Positions 47,150-56,337 of a DNA stretch of 64,000 nucleotides are shown piece after piece (the stretch's first letter is position 1; each line of letters starts with the position of its first letter). The stretch comes from Elusimicrobiota bacterium (lineage in GTDB: Bacteria > Elusimicrobiota > Elusimicrobia > UBA1565 > JACRDR01), in contig JBGFSC010000047.1 in assembly GCA_041694815.1 (NCBI GenBank), positions 1-64,000 on the forward strand. The letters run 5' to 3'. The notes under the pieces are model-generated. The model saw only the letters and a list, made by a program, of their open reading frames with translations. It was not told the origin of the DNA and did not search any database. A program made the position numbers and the translations under genes.

Positions 47150-47907
47150 TGCGACTGCTCGTGACCGGCGCCGGCGGCGGGCTGGGCCGTTTTCTATTCG
47201 AGCGCCTGGGCGGCCTGGGGCTGACCCGGCAAAACGCCGCCTCCCTGCTGCCGCGGCTTAGGCGTTCGGGGGTCGGCACCATCCTCCACTGCGCGGCAAG
47301 CCCCGCGCGGCAGGCTCGGGCCAAGCCCTTGCGCGAGTTCTTGGATGACAACCTTTTCCTGACCCGGCGCCTGCTCGAGCTGCCTCATCGCAAATTCGTC
47401 TATATCTCGACGGTGGACGTCTACCCCAAGAGCGGCTCCAGGCACGCGGAGTCGGATCCGATACGCCCCGACAAGGTCGAGGGGCTCTATGCCATGACGA
47501 AATGGCTTTCGGAACGGCTGGTCCAAGACCGCGGCCGCGGCCCGCTCATCCTGCGCCCAAGCTCGCTGTTAGGCGAGCACGCGCGGCCGAACAGCCTTTC
47601 GCGCCTGCTCGATGGCGGGCTCGTCCGCCTAAGCGCCTCTGGCGATTCGCGCTTCAACTGCGTTCGACACGAGGACCTGCTCGAATTCCTGCGCATCGCG
47701 CTGCGCCGGGACCTCAGGGGGATATACAATCTGGCCTCCTCCTCGGATATTACGCTTCTCCGGACGGCTCGAAGCCTCGGCGCCAAGGCCATTTTCGGAC
47801 GCCATCGTTATCGGGTCCCCCGAGTCGACAACCGCAAGGCCGCCGCGCTATGGCCGGCCTTCCAACTCGGCTCGCTCGAGACCCTGCGCCGGAGCAAAAA
47901 AGTATAA
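47149..47907 (+). CDS. Short NAD-dependent epimerase/dehydratase
   Basis: VTGAGGGLG, ISTVDVY, YAMTK. Confidence 0.8.
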   Translation: MRLLVTGAGGGLGRFLFERLGGLGLTRQNAASLLPRLRRSGVGTILHCAASPARQARAKPLREFLDDNLFLTRRLLELPHRKFVYISTVDVYPKSGSRHAESDPIRPDKVEGLYAMTKWLSERLVQDRGRGPLILRPSSLLGEHARPNSLSRLLDGGLVRLSASGDSRFNCVRHEDLLEFLRIALRRDLRGIYNLASSSDITLLRTARSLGAKAIFGRHRYRVPRVDNRKAAALWPAFQLGSLETLRRSKKV

Positions 47908-47917
47908 TGAAAACGTC

Positions 47918-48583
47918 ATGAAAACGACATTGCTCATGCCGATTTTAAACGAGATCCACGGCATGAGGGCGGTGATGCCGCGCGTGCGCCGGGAATGGGT
48001 CGACGAGATGCTCGTCATCGACGGCGGCTCCACCGACGGCAGCCTCGAATACGCCCAAGAGCTCGGCTGCCGCGTGCTGCGCCAGAAGACCCCGGGCATC
48101 ACCTACGCCTACCAGGAGGGTGTGGCCGCGGCGTCGGGGGAGGTGATCGTGGCCTTCTCCCCGGACGGAAACTCGGTTCCCGAGCGTATCCCGGAGCTGC
48201 TCGCCAAGATGCGCGAGGGCTACGACATGGTGATCGTCTCGCGCTACTTGGACGGCGCCAAGAGCGAGGACGATGACTGTGTCACCGCCATTGGCAACCG
48301 GATATTCACGGCCGCCATCAATTGGACCTTCGGAGGCCGCTACACCGATTGCTTGGTGATGTTCCGCGCCTTCCGCAAGGACGCGGTGGGCGATTTCCCC
48401 TCCGGCATTCCCCGGGCGGGACTAGAGCCATTGCTGGCGATCCGCTGCGCTAAGGCCAAGAGGCGGGTCGCCGAAATACCAGGCGACGAACCCAAGCGCA
48501 TCGGCGGGCAGCGGAAGATGAGCCCCGTGCTCAACGGCATCGACATCATCCGCCTCATCGCGCGGGAGTATTTTTCGAGATGA
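47918..48583 (+). CDS. GT2 glycosyltransferase
   Basis: P.LNE, IDGGSTDGS, SPDG, V.VSRY, E..G.E..R.GG.RK. Confidence 0.88.
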   Translation: MKTTLLMPILNEIHGMRAVMPRVRREWVDEMLVIDGGSTDGSLEYAQELGCRVLRQKTPGITYAYQEGVAAASGEVIVAFSPDGNSVPERIPELLAKMREGYDMVIVSRYLDGAKSEDDDCVTAIGNRIFTAAINWTFGGRYTDCLVMFRAFRKDAVGDFPSGIPRAGLEPLLAIRCAKAKRRVAEIPGDEPKRIGGQRKMSPVLNGIDIIRLIAREYFSR

Positions 48584-49548
48584 GCTCTAAACCCTGGCTG
48601 CTCATCACGGGCGCCGCCGGCTTCATCGGCAGGAATCTCCTGGAGCGCTTCGCCAAGAACCCAGCCTACTCGGTCGCGGCCGTCTGGCATCAGTCGCCGC
48701 GGCCCCGGGAGCTCATCGGCGACCCCCGAATACGCTGGATACGCGCCGACCTGACGCAGCCGGCGCAGGTACGCGATGCCGTCTCGGGCGCGGACATCGT
48801 GCTGCACGCCGCCGCCACTACCTCGGGCTCCAAGGATATCGTCGAGCGGCCCAGCCGGCACGTCACCGACAACGCCGTGATGAACTCCCTGTTGTTTCGG
48901 GCTTGCCACGAGCAGAAGGTCAAGCACGCGGTGTTCTTTAGCTGCAGCGTCATGTACTCCCCGCAGGACAAGCCGGTACGCGAGAGCGATTTCCGCTACG
49001 AGATCACCGCGCCTTATTTCGGCGTCGGCTGGACGAAGGTGTACTCGGAGAAGATGTGCGAGTTCTATTCCAGGCTCGGCACGACGCGCTTTACGGCGAT
49101 CCGGCATTCGAATATCTACGGCCCTCACGATAAATACGACTTGGAGAAGTCCCATGTCTTCGGCGCCACGCTCGCCAAGGTGATGTCGGCCGAGCGCGAA
49201 ATCGTCGTGTGGGGAGAAGGGACGGAGGAGCGCGACCTGCTGCATGTCGACGACCTGGCCGACTTCGTTGAGAAACTCGTCACCCTCCAGAAGGAGCCCT
49301 TCGAGCTCATCAATGTGGGTTCGGGCCGCTCTGTCGCCGTTCGCGACCTAGCCGCCAAGATCATCGAGCTCTCGGGACGCAAGCTCGAGATGCGCTTCGA
49401 CCGCTCCAAGCCGAGCATTCCCTTCAAGCTGGCCTTGGATTCGGGGCGCGCCAAGAAGGTCTACGGCTGGTCACCGTCGGTGTCCCTAGAGGAGGGCATT
49501 CGCCGCAGCCTCCAGTGGTACCGGGAGCATGTGGGGGCCGCCGCATGA
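48580..49548 (+). CDS. GDP-fucose-synthase/ColC-like extended SDR
   Basis: ITGAAGFIG, SNIYGP.D.YD...SHV, VWG.G...RD.LHV.D. Confidence 0.88.
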   Translation: MSSKPWLLITGAAGFIGRNLLERFAKNPAYSVAAVWHQSPRPRELIGDPRIRWIRADLTQPAQVRDAVSGADIVLHAAATTSGSKDIVERPSRHVTDNAVMNSLLFRACHEQKVKHAVFFSCSVMYSPQDKPVRESDFRYEITAPYFGVGWTKVYSEKMCEFYSRLGTTRFTAIRHSNIYGPHDKYDLEKSHVFGATLAKVMSAEREIVVWGEGTEERDLLHVDDLADFVEKLVTLQKEPFELINVGSGRSVAVRDLAAKIIELSGRKLEMRFDRSKPSIPFKLALDSGRAKKVYGWSPSVSLEEGIRRSLQWYREHVGAAA

Positions 49549-50522
49549 GCGCCAAGGCCGACCGCGAGCTGCTCGGCAAGCTCTACCGGCTCATGCTCGG
49601 CATACGGCTCGCCGAGGAAAAGATCGTCGAGCTCTACCCCACCGACAAGATCCAGAGCCCGATACACCTGTCCATCGGCCAGGAGGCGGTCTCGGCAGGC
49701 CTCGCCTTGGCGATGGGCGAGGCGGACAGGCTCTACGGGACCTACCGGGGCCACGGCCCCTATATCGCGCTCGGGGGCGATCTCAAGAAGCTGTTCGCGG
49801 AGCTCTACGGCAAGGACACGGGCTGCGCCCGCGGCAAGGGAGGCTCCATGCACCTGGTAGCTCCCGAGGCTGGGCTCATGGGCTGCTCGGCCATCGTCGC
49901 GAGCACCATCCCCATCGCCACCGGCCACGCCCTGGCCTCCCAGATGCGCGGCCGGCGCTACGCGGTGCTCTCCCTCTTCGGCGACGGCGGCGTCGACGAA
50001 GGCGTATTCTTCGAGAGCGTCAACTTCGCCGTGCTCAAGAACCTCCCCATTGTCTACGTGCTCGAGAACAACCGCTACGCGATCCATTCGACGGTTCCGG
50101 ACCGGCACAAGCAGACCGAGCTTTTCCGCATCGCCGAGGGGCTGGGGCTTCGGGGAGAGCGCTTCGACGGCAACGACGCCTCGAATGTCTACGCCACGGC
50201 CAAGCGGGCGATCGACGCGGTGCGCGCGGGCTCGGTCCCGGCGCTGCTCGAGTACACGACCTACCGCTGGAGGGAGCATGTGGGCTCGCAGGAGGACTAT
50301 GCGGCCGCCTACCGCGCCCCCGGCGAACGCGAGGAGGCGCTGGCCCACGACCCGCTCCAGATAACCCGGAAGGCCTTGATCGAGGCGGGCGCCAGCCCGG
50401 TAGAGCTCGACGGGTGGCGCTCGCAGGTTCTCCAAGAAGTCGAGGAGGCCGTGCGCTTCGCCGAGCAAAGCCCCAGCCCCGCGCCCGGCCGACTTCTGGC
50501 CGACGTGTACGCCTCCCGATGA
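49545..50522 (+). CDS. TPP-dependent dehydrogenase E1 alpha-like subunit
   Basis: HLSIGQEA, TYRGH, GKGGSMH, TPP motif GDG-x-ENN, TYRW..H. Confidence 0.93.
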   Translation: MSAKADRELLGKLYRLMLGIRLAEEKIVELYPTDKIQSPIHLSIGQEAVSAGLALAMGEADRLYGTYRGHGPYIALGGDLKKLFAELYGKDTGCARGKGGSMHLVAPEAGLMGCSAIVASTIPIATGHALASQMRGRRYAVLSLFGDGGVDEGVFFESVNFAVLKNLPIVYVLENNRYAIHSTVPDRHKQTELFRIAEGLGLRGERFDGNDASNVYATAKRAIDAVRAGSVPALLEYTTYRWREHVGSQEDYAAAYRAPGEREEALAHDPLQITRKALIEAGASPVELDGWRSQVLQEVEEAVRFAEQSPSPAPGRLLADVYASR

Positions 50523-51550
50523 AAACCCTCAACTACGGCCAGGCCATCCACCGCGCGCTTGAGTTCGCCATGGAGAAGGACCCTTCCGTCTTCGTCATGG
50601 GCATCGGCGTCGACGATCACAAGGCCGTCTTCGGCACCACCAAGGGCCTGCTCGAGAAATTCGGCAGGGAACGCGTATTCGACACGCCGATCTCCGAGGG
50701 GGCCATGACCGGCGTCGCCGTCGGGGCGGCCCTAGGCGGCATGCGCCCGGTGCATATCCACATCCGCTCGGATTTCCTATACCTGGCCATGGACCAATTG
50801 CTCAATATGGCCGCCAAGTGGCGCTCGATGTTCGGAGGTGCCGCGAGCGTGCCGATCGTCGTGCGCGCCGTCATCGGGCGGAGCTGGGGCCAGGGGGCGC
50901 AGCACTCGCAGAGCCTGCAGTCGCTCATCGCGCATGTGCCAGGGATCAAGGTCGGCATGCCCACGACGCCGGCCGACGCACAACAGATGCTGCTGGCGGC
51001 CATCGCCGACCCCAACCCCGTCGTGCTCTTCGAGCATCGACTGCTCTACGACATCGTCGGCGAATTGCCCGAGCCGGATTGGGCGGTGGAATTTAAGCGC
51101 GCCGTCGTCCGCCGCCCGGGCAAGGACCTCACCATCGTCGCCAACTCCTACATGGCCGTGGAGGCTCTCAAGGCCGCGGAGTTCCTCCAGGAGCACGGCA
51201 TCGAGGCCGAAATCGTCGACCCGGTCACCGTGGTGCCGCTGGATGAGGCCGTTATCCTCGGCTCGATCCGCAAGACGGGGCGGCTCATCGTCATCGACAC
51301 TAGCTGGACCTTCTGTGGCGTGAGCGCGGAGATTGCCGCCCTAGCCGCCGAAAAAGCCTTCTCGAGCTTGAAGCAGCCGGTTTTAAGGCTCGGCATGCAG
51401 CCAACCCCTTGCCCGGTGAGCAAGCCGCTCGAGAACCTCTTCTACCCCAACGCCGGCACCATCGCCGACGCCGCCTTCAAGATGATGGAGCGCCGCTCGC
51501 CCGAGCTGCGCGCCCCGGTTCTGACCCACGCCTTCAAGGGGCCGTTCTGA
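50519..51550 (+). CDS. TPP-dependent dehydrogenase E1 beta-like subunit
   Basis: ERVFDTPISE, G.RPV, DQL.N.AAK, GAQHSQ, NPV..FEH, G.D.TIV. Confidence 0.93.
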   Translation: MKTLNYGQAIHRALEFAMEKDPSVFVMGIGVDDHKAVFGTTKGLLEKFGRERVFDTPISEGAMTGVAVGAALGGMRPVHIHIRSDFLYLAMDQLLNMAAKWRSMFGGAASVPIVVRAVIGRSWGQGAQHSQSLQSLIAHVPGIKVGMPTTPADAQQMLLAAIADPNPVVLFEHRLLYDIVGELPEPDWAVEFKRAVVRRPGKDLTIVANSYMAVEALKAAEFLQEHGIEAEIVDPVTVVPLDEAVILGSIRKTGRLIVIDTSWTFCGVSAEIAALAAEKAFSSLKQPVLRLGMQPTPCPVSKPLENLFYPNAGTIADAAFKMMERRSPELRAPVLTHAFKGPF

Positions 51551-52716
51551 TGATCCGCTATTACCTCGCCGAGGACACGATCGACCGCAAGGACGTCGAC
51601 CGACTCGTCGACTGGCTCAAGACATACCCGAGGCTCACCCAGGGGCCGCTGGTCCGGCAATTCGAGGAGAAATGGAGCCGCTGGCTTGGGGCCCCGCGCT
51701 CGGTGTTCTGCAACTCCGGGTCCTCGGCCAACCTGCTGATGTACTATGCCCTGCTGCTCTCGGGCAGGCTCAAGAACCGCGAGGTGGTCGTGCCCTCCGT
51801 CGGCTGGGGCACCTCCATCGCACCGGCGATACAGTTCGGTTTCGAGCCGCTGATCTGCGAGGCGGACAAGGACACCTTCGGCCTCGACTTGAACCATCTC
51901 GAGGCGCTGCTTAAAAAGCACAAGCCCTCCTCCGTCCTGCTGGTTCAGGTGTTGGGCGTCCCGCACAAGATGAAGGAGCTTATGGCCCTGAAGAAGAAAT
52001 ACAAGTTCTTCCTGATGGAGGACGCCTGTGCCGCGATCGGGGCCGCTTATCAAGGCCGCCATGTCGGCACCTTCGGCGACATGGCGAGCTTCTCATTCTA
52101 TTTCGGGCATCAGATGTCGACGATCGAAGGCGGCATGGTCTCGACCTCGGACAAGAAATTCGCCGACCTGCTGCGCTTGACTCGCGCCCACGGCTGGAGC
52201 AAGGACTTAGACGCCGAGGCTCATCAGGCCTTGGTCAAAAAGCATCGCATCGATGATTTCCATACCCCATTCGTCTTCTACGAGCCTGGCTTCAATCTCC
52301 GATCGACCGATCTTAATGCCTTCCTGGGCCTGGGCCAGGTCGACAAGCTCGCCTGGATCATCGAGACCAGGCAGCGCAACCATGCGATTTACTCCCGGTT
52401 GCTGGGCGCGCGCTTCTACACGCAGAAGCCGGAACCGGGGTCTACGGTGTGCAGCATTTCTTTCGGCATGCTGGCCGACGACGCCAAGCAGCGCCGAGCC
52501 ATTGTGAGCGCCCTGGTGGAAAATGGGGTGGAGACGCGAATATTTTCCGCGGGCAACCTGGGCCTGCACCCCTTCTGGGTCAAGCGATTCGGCAAGGCGA
52601 GTTTTCCCATGGCCGATCGCATCCATCACACGGGACTATTTTTGCCCAATAATCCGTCGCTTTCTACGGATACGGTCGAAAGCATCGCCAAGATTGTCCT
52701 GGAGGCGGCCCGATGA
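51550..52716 (+). CDS. ColD-type PLP-dependent NDP-4-keto-6-deoxysugar 3-dehydratase (DegT family)
   Basis: NSGSSANL, EDAC, SFYFGHQMSTIEGG with His at the Schiff-base Lys position, RAHGW, GFNLR.TD. Confidence 0.85.
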   Translation: MIRYYLAEDTIDRKDVDRLVDWLKTYPRLTQGPLVRQFEEKWSRWLGAPRSVFCNSGSSANLLMYYALLLSGRLKNREVVVPSVGWGTSIAPAIQFGFEPLICEADKDTFGLDLNHLEALLKKHKPSSVLLVQVLGVPHKMKELMALKKKYKFFLMEDACAAIGAAYQGRHVGTFGDMASFSFYFGHQMSTIEGGMVSTSDKKFADLLRLTRAHGWSKDLDAEAHQALVKKHRIDDFHTPFVFYEPGFNLRSTDLNAFLGLGQVDKLAWIIETRQRNHAIYSRLLGARFYTQKPEPGSTVCSISFGMLADDAKQRRAIVSALVENGVETRIFSAGNLGLHPFWVKRFGKASFPMADRIHHTGLFLPNNPSLSTDTVESIAKIVLEAAR

Positions 52717-53696
52717 CCCCCACGATCCGGCGGGTGTTGATCACGGGCATCACCGGCTCCGGCGGCAGTTACCTCGCCGATCACATACTCGAGGAGCATC
52801 CAAAGGTGGAGCTGCACGGCATTACGCGCTGGCATACCTCCTCGAGCCATCGCGATCTCTTCGGCGGCCGGGCGATACTGCATGAATGCGATCTTACCGA
52901 TCTGCTCTCCGTGCTCAACGCCGTGGAGAAATCCAAGCCGGACGCCATCTTCCATCTGGCGGCGCACGCCAACGTGCGCGCCTCCTTCGACACCCCGGGC
53001 GCGGTTCTCACGAACAACATACTCGGGACCAGCAATCTCTTCGAGGCCGTGCGCCGGTGCAAGCTGAACCCGCTGATCCAGCTCTGCAGCACCTCCGAGG
53101 TCTACGGGCAGGTGGATCCCACGGACCTGCCCATTAAAGAAGACGCGCCTCTGCGACCCATTAGCCCCTATGCGGTTTCGAAGACCGCCCAGGACCTTTT
53201 GGGCTGGGGCTATTTCAAGAGCTACGGCATGCGCATCATCCGCACGCGGATGTTCACCTATTTCAATCCCCGGCGCACCGATCTGTTCGCCACCGCCTTC
53301 GCGCGGCAGATCGCCTGGATCGAGCAGGGGCTAGCCAAGGAATTGCGCCACGGGAACCTGAACTCGGTGAGGACCTTCATCGACGTACGCGACGCGGTGC
53401 GCGCCTATTGGGAAGCGACCCTGCATTGCGTCCCCGGCGAGGCCTACAATATCGGCGGCCGCACGACGATGACGGTGGGCGACTGCCTCGAACGCCTCAA
53501 GGCCCTAGCCAAGGTGAAGATCCCGACTCGGCAGGACCCGGCGCTGATGCGCCCGGCCGACGTGACCCTGCAGATCCCCTGCGTGGACAAATTCGTCAAG
53601 GCCACCGGCTGGCAGCCCCGATACGATTTTGACGACAGCCTGCGGCATCTCTTGGAGCACTGGCGCGCCGAGGCGAGGAGGGAGAAAGCGGCATGA
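52713..53696 (+). CDS. GDP-mannose/GDP-heptose 4,6-dehydratase-like SDR
   Basis: LITGITG..GSYLA, HLAA...V..SF, STSEVYG, SPYAVSK, GNL.S.R.F.DVRD. Confidence 0.88.
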   Translation: MTPTIRRVLITGITGSGGSYLADHILEEHPKVELHGITRWHTSSSHRDLFGGRAILHECDLTDLLSVLNAVEKSKPDAIFHLAAHANVRASFDTPGAVLTNNILGTSNLFEAVRRCKLNPLIQLCSTSEVYGQVDPTDLPIKEDAPLRPISPYAVSKTAQDLLGWGYFKSYGMRIIRTRMFTYFNPRRTDLFATAFARQIAWIEQGLAKELRHGNLNSVRTFIDVRDAVRAYWEATLHCVPGEAYNIGGRTTMTVGDCLERLKALAKVKIPTRQDPALMRPADVTLQIPCVDKFVKATGWQPRYDFDDSLRHLLEHWRAEARREKAA

Positions 53697-54634
53697 TCCA
53701 ACGGGTGCTGGTCACGGGAGGCGCGGGCTATATCGGCTCGGTGCTGGTCCCGCTGCTTTTGGAGCGGGGCTTTAAGGTCACGGTGCTCGATAATTTCCTC
53801 TACGGGCAAAACAGCCTGCTCGACTGCTGCGGGCGCGAGGGATTCGAGATCGTGCGCGGCGATTGCCGCGACGAGCGCCTTCTCTCCGAGCAGCTCAGGA
53901 ACGCGGATATACTCATTCCCCTGGCCGCGCTGGTGGGCGTCCCGGCCTGCGACCGGGACCCCGTCGCCGCCGAGACCACCAACCTGGGGGCCGTGCGCTC
54001 ACTCTGCAAGCTCGCCTCCAAATCGCAGCGGATGCTGTTCCCGGTAACCAACAGCGGCTATGGGATCGGCGTGAAGGGCAAGGCCTGCACCGAAGAAAGC
54101 CCTCTCAAGCCGCTCTCGCTCTACGGCCGCACCAAGGTGCAGGCCGAGGAGGCGGTGCTCTCTCGCGGCAATTCCATCGCCTTCCGCCTGGCCACCGCCT
54201 TCGGCGCCTCGCCGCGCATGCGCATGGACCTGCTCGTCAACGATTTCGTCCACCGCGCCGTCAGCGACCGCGCCGTCGTGGTGTTCGAGGGGCATTTTCA
54301 GCGCAATTACATCCATGTCCGCGACATTGCCCGAGTCTTTTTGCACGGCATCGAGCGCTTCGACTCGATGCAGGGCAGGCCCTACAATGTCGGCCTCGAG
54401 GACGCCAATCTCTCCAAGCTCGAGCTCTGCGCCATGATCCAAAAAATCGTGCCGCAATTCGTGTTCGTCGAGGCCCCGGTGGGCGAGGACCCGGACAAGC
54501 GCGATTACATCGTCTCCAACGCGCGGCTTTTGTCGACGGGGTTTAAACCCGAGTGGAGCTTGGAGCGGGGGATACGGGAACTGGTTAAGGCGTATAAGAT
54601 ACTCAAGGGTTTTAATCCTTATGCCAACGCATAA
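53693..54634 (+). CDS. NAD-dependent epimerase/dehydratase
   Basis: VTGGAGYIGS, LAALVG.PAC, YGRTK, RLAT.FG.SPRMR.DLLVN. Confidence 0.9.
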   Translation: MIQRVLVTGGAGYIGSVLVPLLLERGFKVTVLDNFLYGQNSLLDCCGREGFEIVRGDCRDERLLSEQLRNADILIPLAALVGVPACDRDPVAAETTNLGAVRSLCKLASKSQRMLFPVTNSGYGIGVKGKACTEESPLKPLSLYGRTKVQAEEAVLSRGNSIAFRLATAFGASPRMRMDLLVNDFVHRAVSDRAVVVFEGHFQRNYIHVRDIARVFLHGIERFDSMQGRPYNVGLEDANLSKLELCAMIQKIVPQFVFVEAPVGEDPDKRDYIVSNARLLSTGFKPEWSLERGIRELVKAYKILKGFNPYANA

Positions 54635-54643
54635 ACGGCGGCC

Positions 54644-55654
54644 ATGATCATCAGCCGAACCCCCTTCCGCATGTCCTTCTTCGGCGGCGGGACCGATTAC
54701 CCCGCCTGGTTCCGCGAGAACGGCGGCTGCGTGCTGTCGACGACGATCAACAAGTACTGCTACATTACCTGTCGCTACCTGCCCCCCTTCTTCGACTACC
54801 GCAGCCGCATCCTCTACTCCAAGGTCGAGACGGTGCAGGACAACGGAGACATCGAGCACCCGGCGGTGCGCGCCATCCTCAAGCATTTAGACATTAGCCA
54901 GGGAGTCGAAATCCATCATGACGGAGATCTTCCCGCCCGCACGGGACTGGGCTCCTCCTCTTCCTTCGCGGTCGGCCTGCTGCACGCCCTGCGCGCCATG
55001 CGGCATCAGCCCCGCGATAAGATGCAATTGGCGCAGGAGGCCATACACATCGAGCAGGAGATCCTCCAGGAAAACGTCGGCTGCCAGGACCAGGTGATCG
55101 CCGCCGTAGGAGGCCTCAATCGCATCGATTTCCATCCCAACGGAAAGATCGATGTCGACCCCGTCACCATCAGCCCCGCGCGGCTCTGCGAACTACAGGA
55201 GCACCTCCTGCTCTATTTCACCGGCTTTTCCCGCATCGCCTCCCTGATCGTGAAGGAGCAGCTCAACCGCATACAGGACACGAAGGCCCAGCTCAAGCGC
55301 ATGCAGGCCATGGTGCGCGAGTCGATCGACATACTCAGCGGCGGCGACCTCGCGGATTTCGGCCGGCTGCTCGATGAGGGTTGGTCACTCAAGCGCACGC
55401 TGAGCTCGAAGGTCTCCTCGCCCTTCATTGACGAGATTTACGAGAACGCCAAGGCCTGCGGCGCCCTGGGCGGAAAGCTGCTTGGAGCCGGGGGAGGTGG
55501 CTTCATGCTGATCTTCGCCCGCCCTCAGGACCAGCCGAAGATCAAGGAGCGCCTCAAGAAGCTCATGCGCATCCCTTTCCAGATCGAAGACGACGGAAGC
55601 CGCATCATCCTCTACCAACCGGACGCGCAAGACGGCGCACTTCCTGAATCTTGA
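54644..55654 (+). CDS. hddA: GHMP sugar kinase, HddA-like (D-glycero-alpha-D-manno-heptose-7-phosphate kinase)
   Basis: RTP.R.SF.GGGTD, P...GLGSSS, G.QDQ..AA.GG, GGKLLGAGGGG. Confidence 0.85.
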   Translation: MIISRTPFRMSFFGGGTDYPAWFRENGGCVLSTTINKYCYITCRYLPPFFDYRSRILYSKVETVQDNGDIEHPAVRAILKHLDISQGVEIHHDGDLPARTGLGSSSSFAVGLLHALRAMRHQPRDKMQLAQEAIHIEQEILQENVGCQDQVIAAVGGLNRIDFHPNGKIDVDPVTISPARLCELQEHLLLYFTGFSRIASLIVKEQLNRIQDTKAQLKRMQAMVRESIDILSGGDLADFGRLLDEGWSLKRTLSSKVSSPFIDEIYENAKACGALGGKLLGAGGGGFMLIFARPQDQPKIKERLKKLMRIPFQIEDDGSRIILYQPDAQDGALPES

Positions 55655-56337
55655 TGGTGGATGCCGTTATCCTCTGCGGCGGGCTCGGCACGCGGCTGCG
55701 CGAGGCGGTGCCGGACCGGCCCAAGCCCATGGCCGACGTGGGCGGCAGGCCGTTTTTGGAGCTGTTGGTCGACTGGGTCGCCGGTCAGGGCTTTAATCGG
55801 ATCATACTCTGCGTGGGCCATCGAGCGGACATGGTGCGGGCGCATTTTCGCTCGGACTCGCGCCGCGAGATCCTATTCTCCGAGGAAAGGGAGCCTCTAG
55901 GGACCGGAGGGGCCCTGCGCCTGTGCCGTCCGCATGGCGCGAGCGATCCTTTCCTGGTACTCAACGGCGATTCTTTCTGCGACATAGACCTTCACGCGAT
56001 GCTTCAGTTCCACGCGGAGAAGAAGGCCGCTGCCACGGTGGCGGCGGTGCGCCCGGACGGGCGCGAGGATGGGGGCAATATCGCGGCGGGCACGGACATG
56101 CGGGTTTCGGCCTTCGCCGAGAAAAAGAAAACCGAAGGCGCCGCTTGGCTCAACGCCGGGGTCTACGCCTTGGGCTCCCGCGTATGGGACTTCATTCCTC
56201 CAGGGCGCAGCTCCTTAGAAACGGACGTGCTGCCCAAGATGCTCCTTGCCGGCGTCTACGTGTTCGCCACGAGCGCGACCCTCTTCGATATCGGCACTCC
56301 CGCGCGGCTGGAGGCCTTCCGCCGCTTGAGGTCATGA
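55654..56337 (+). CDS. hddC: Sugar-1-phosphate nucleotidyltransferase, HddC-like
   Basis: ILCGGLGTRL, PKPMA..GRPFL, E..PLGTGGA, LNGDS, NAGVY, DIGTP. Confidence 0.8.
   Translation: MVDAVILCGGLGTRLREAVPDRPKPMADVGGRPFLELLVDWVAGQGFNRIILCVGHRADMVRAHFRSDSRREILFSEEREPLGTGGALRLCRPHGASDPFLVLNGDSFCDIDLHAMLQFHAEKKAAATVAAVRPDGREDGGNIAAGTDMRVSAFAEKKKTEGAAWLNAGVYALGSRVWDFIPPGRSSLETDVLPKMLLAGVYVFATSATLFDIGTPARLEAFRRLRS

Noticed and set aside
47907..47926. Direct repeat ATGAAAACG x2 at the GT2 start
   Set aside because: Only 9 bp; the first ATG is out of frame, and chance or a micro-duplication suffices
49545..51550. Housekeeping pyruvate dehydrogenase
   Set aside because: No E2/E3 genes in the window and the pair is translationally coupled within an NDP-sugar operon; kept only as an alternative
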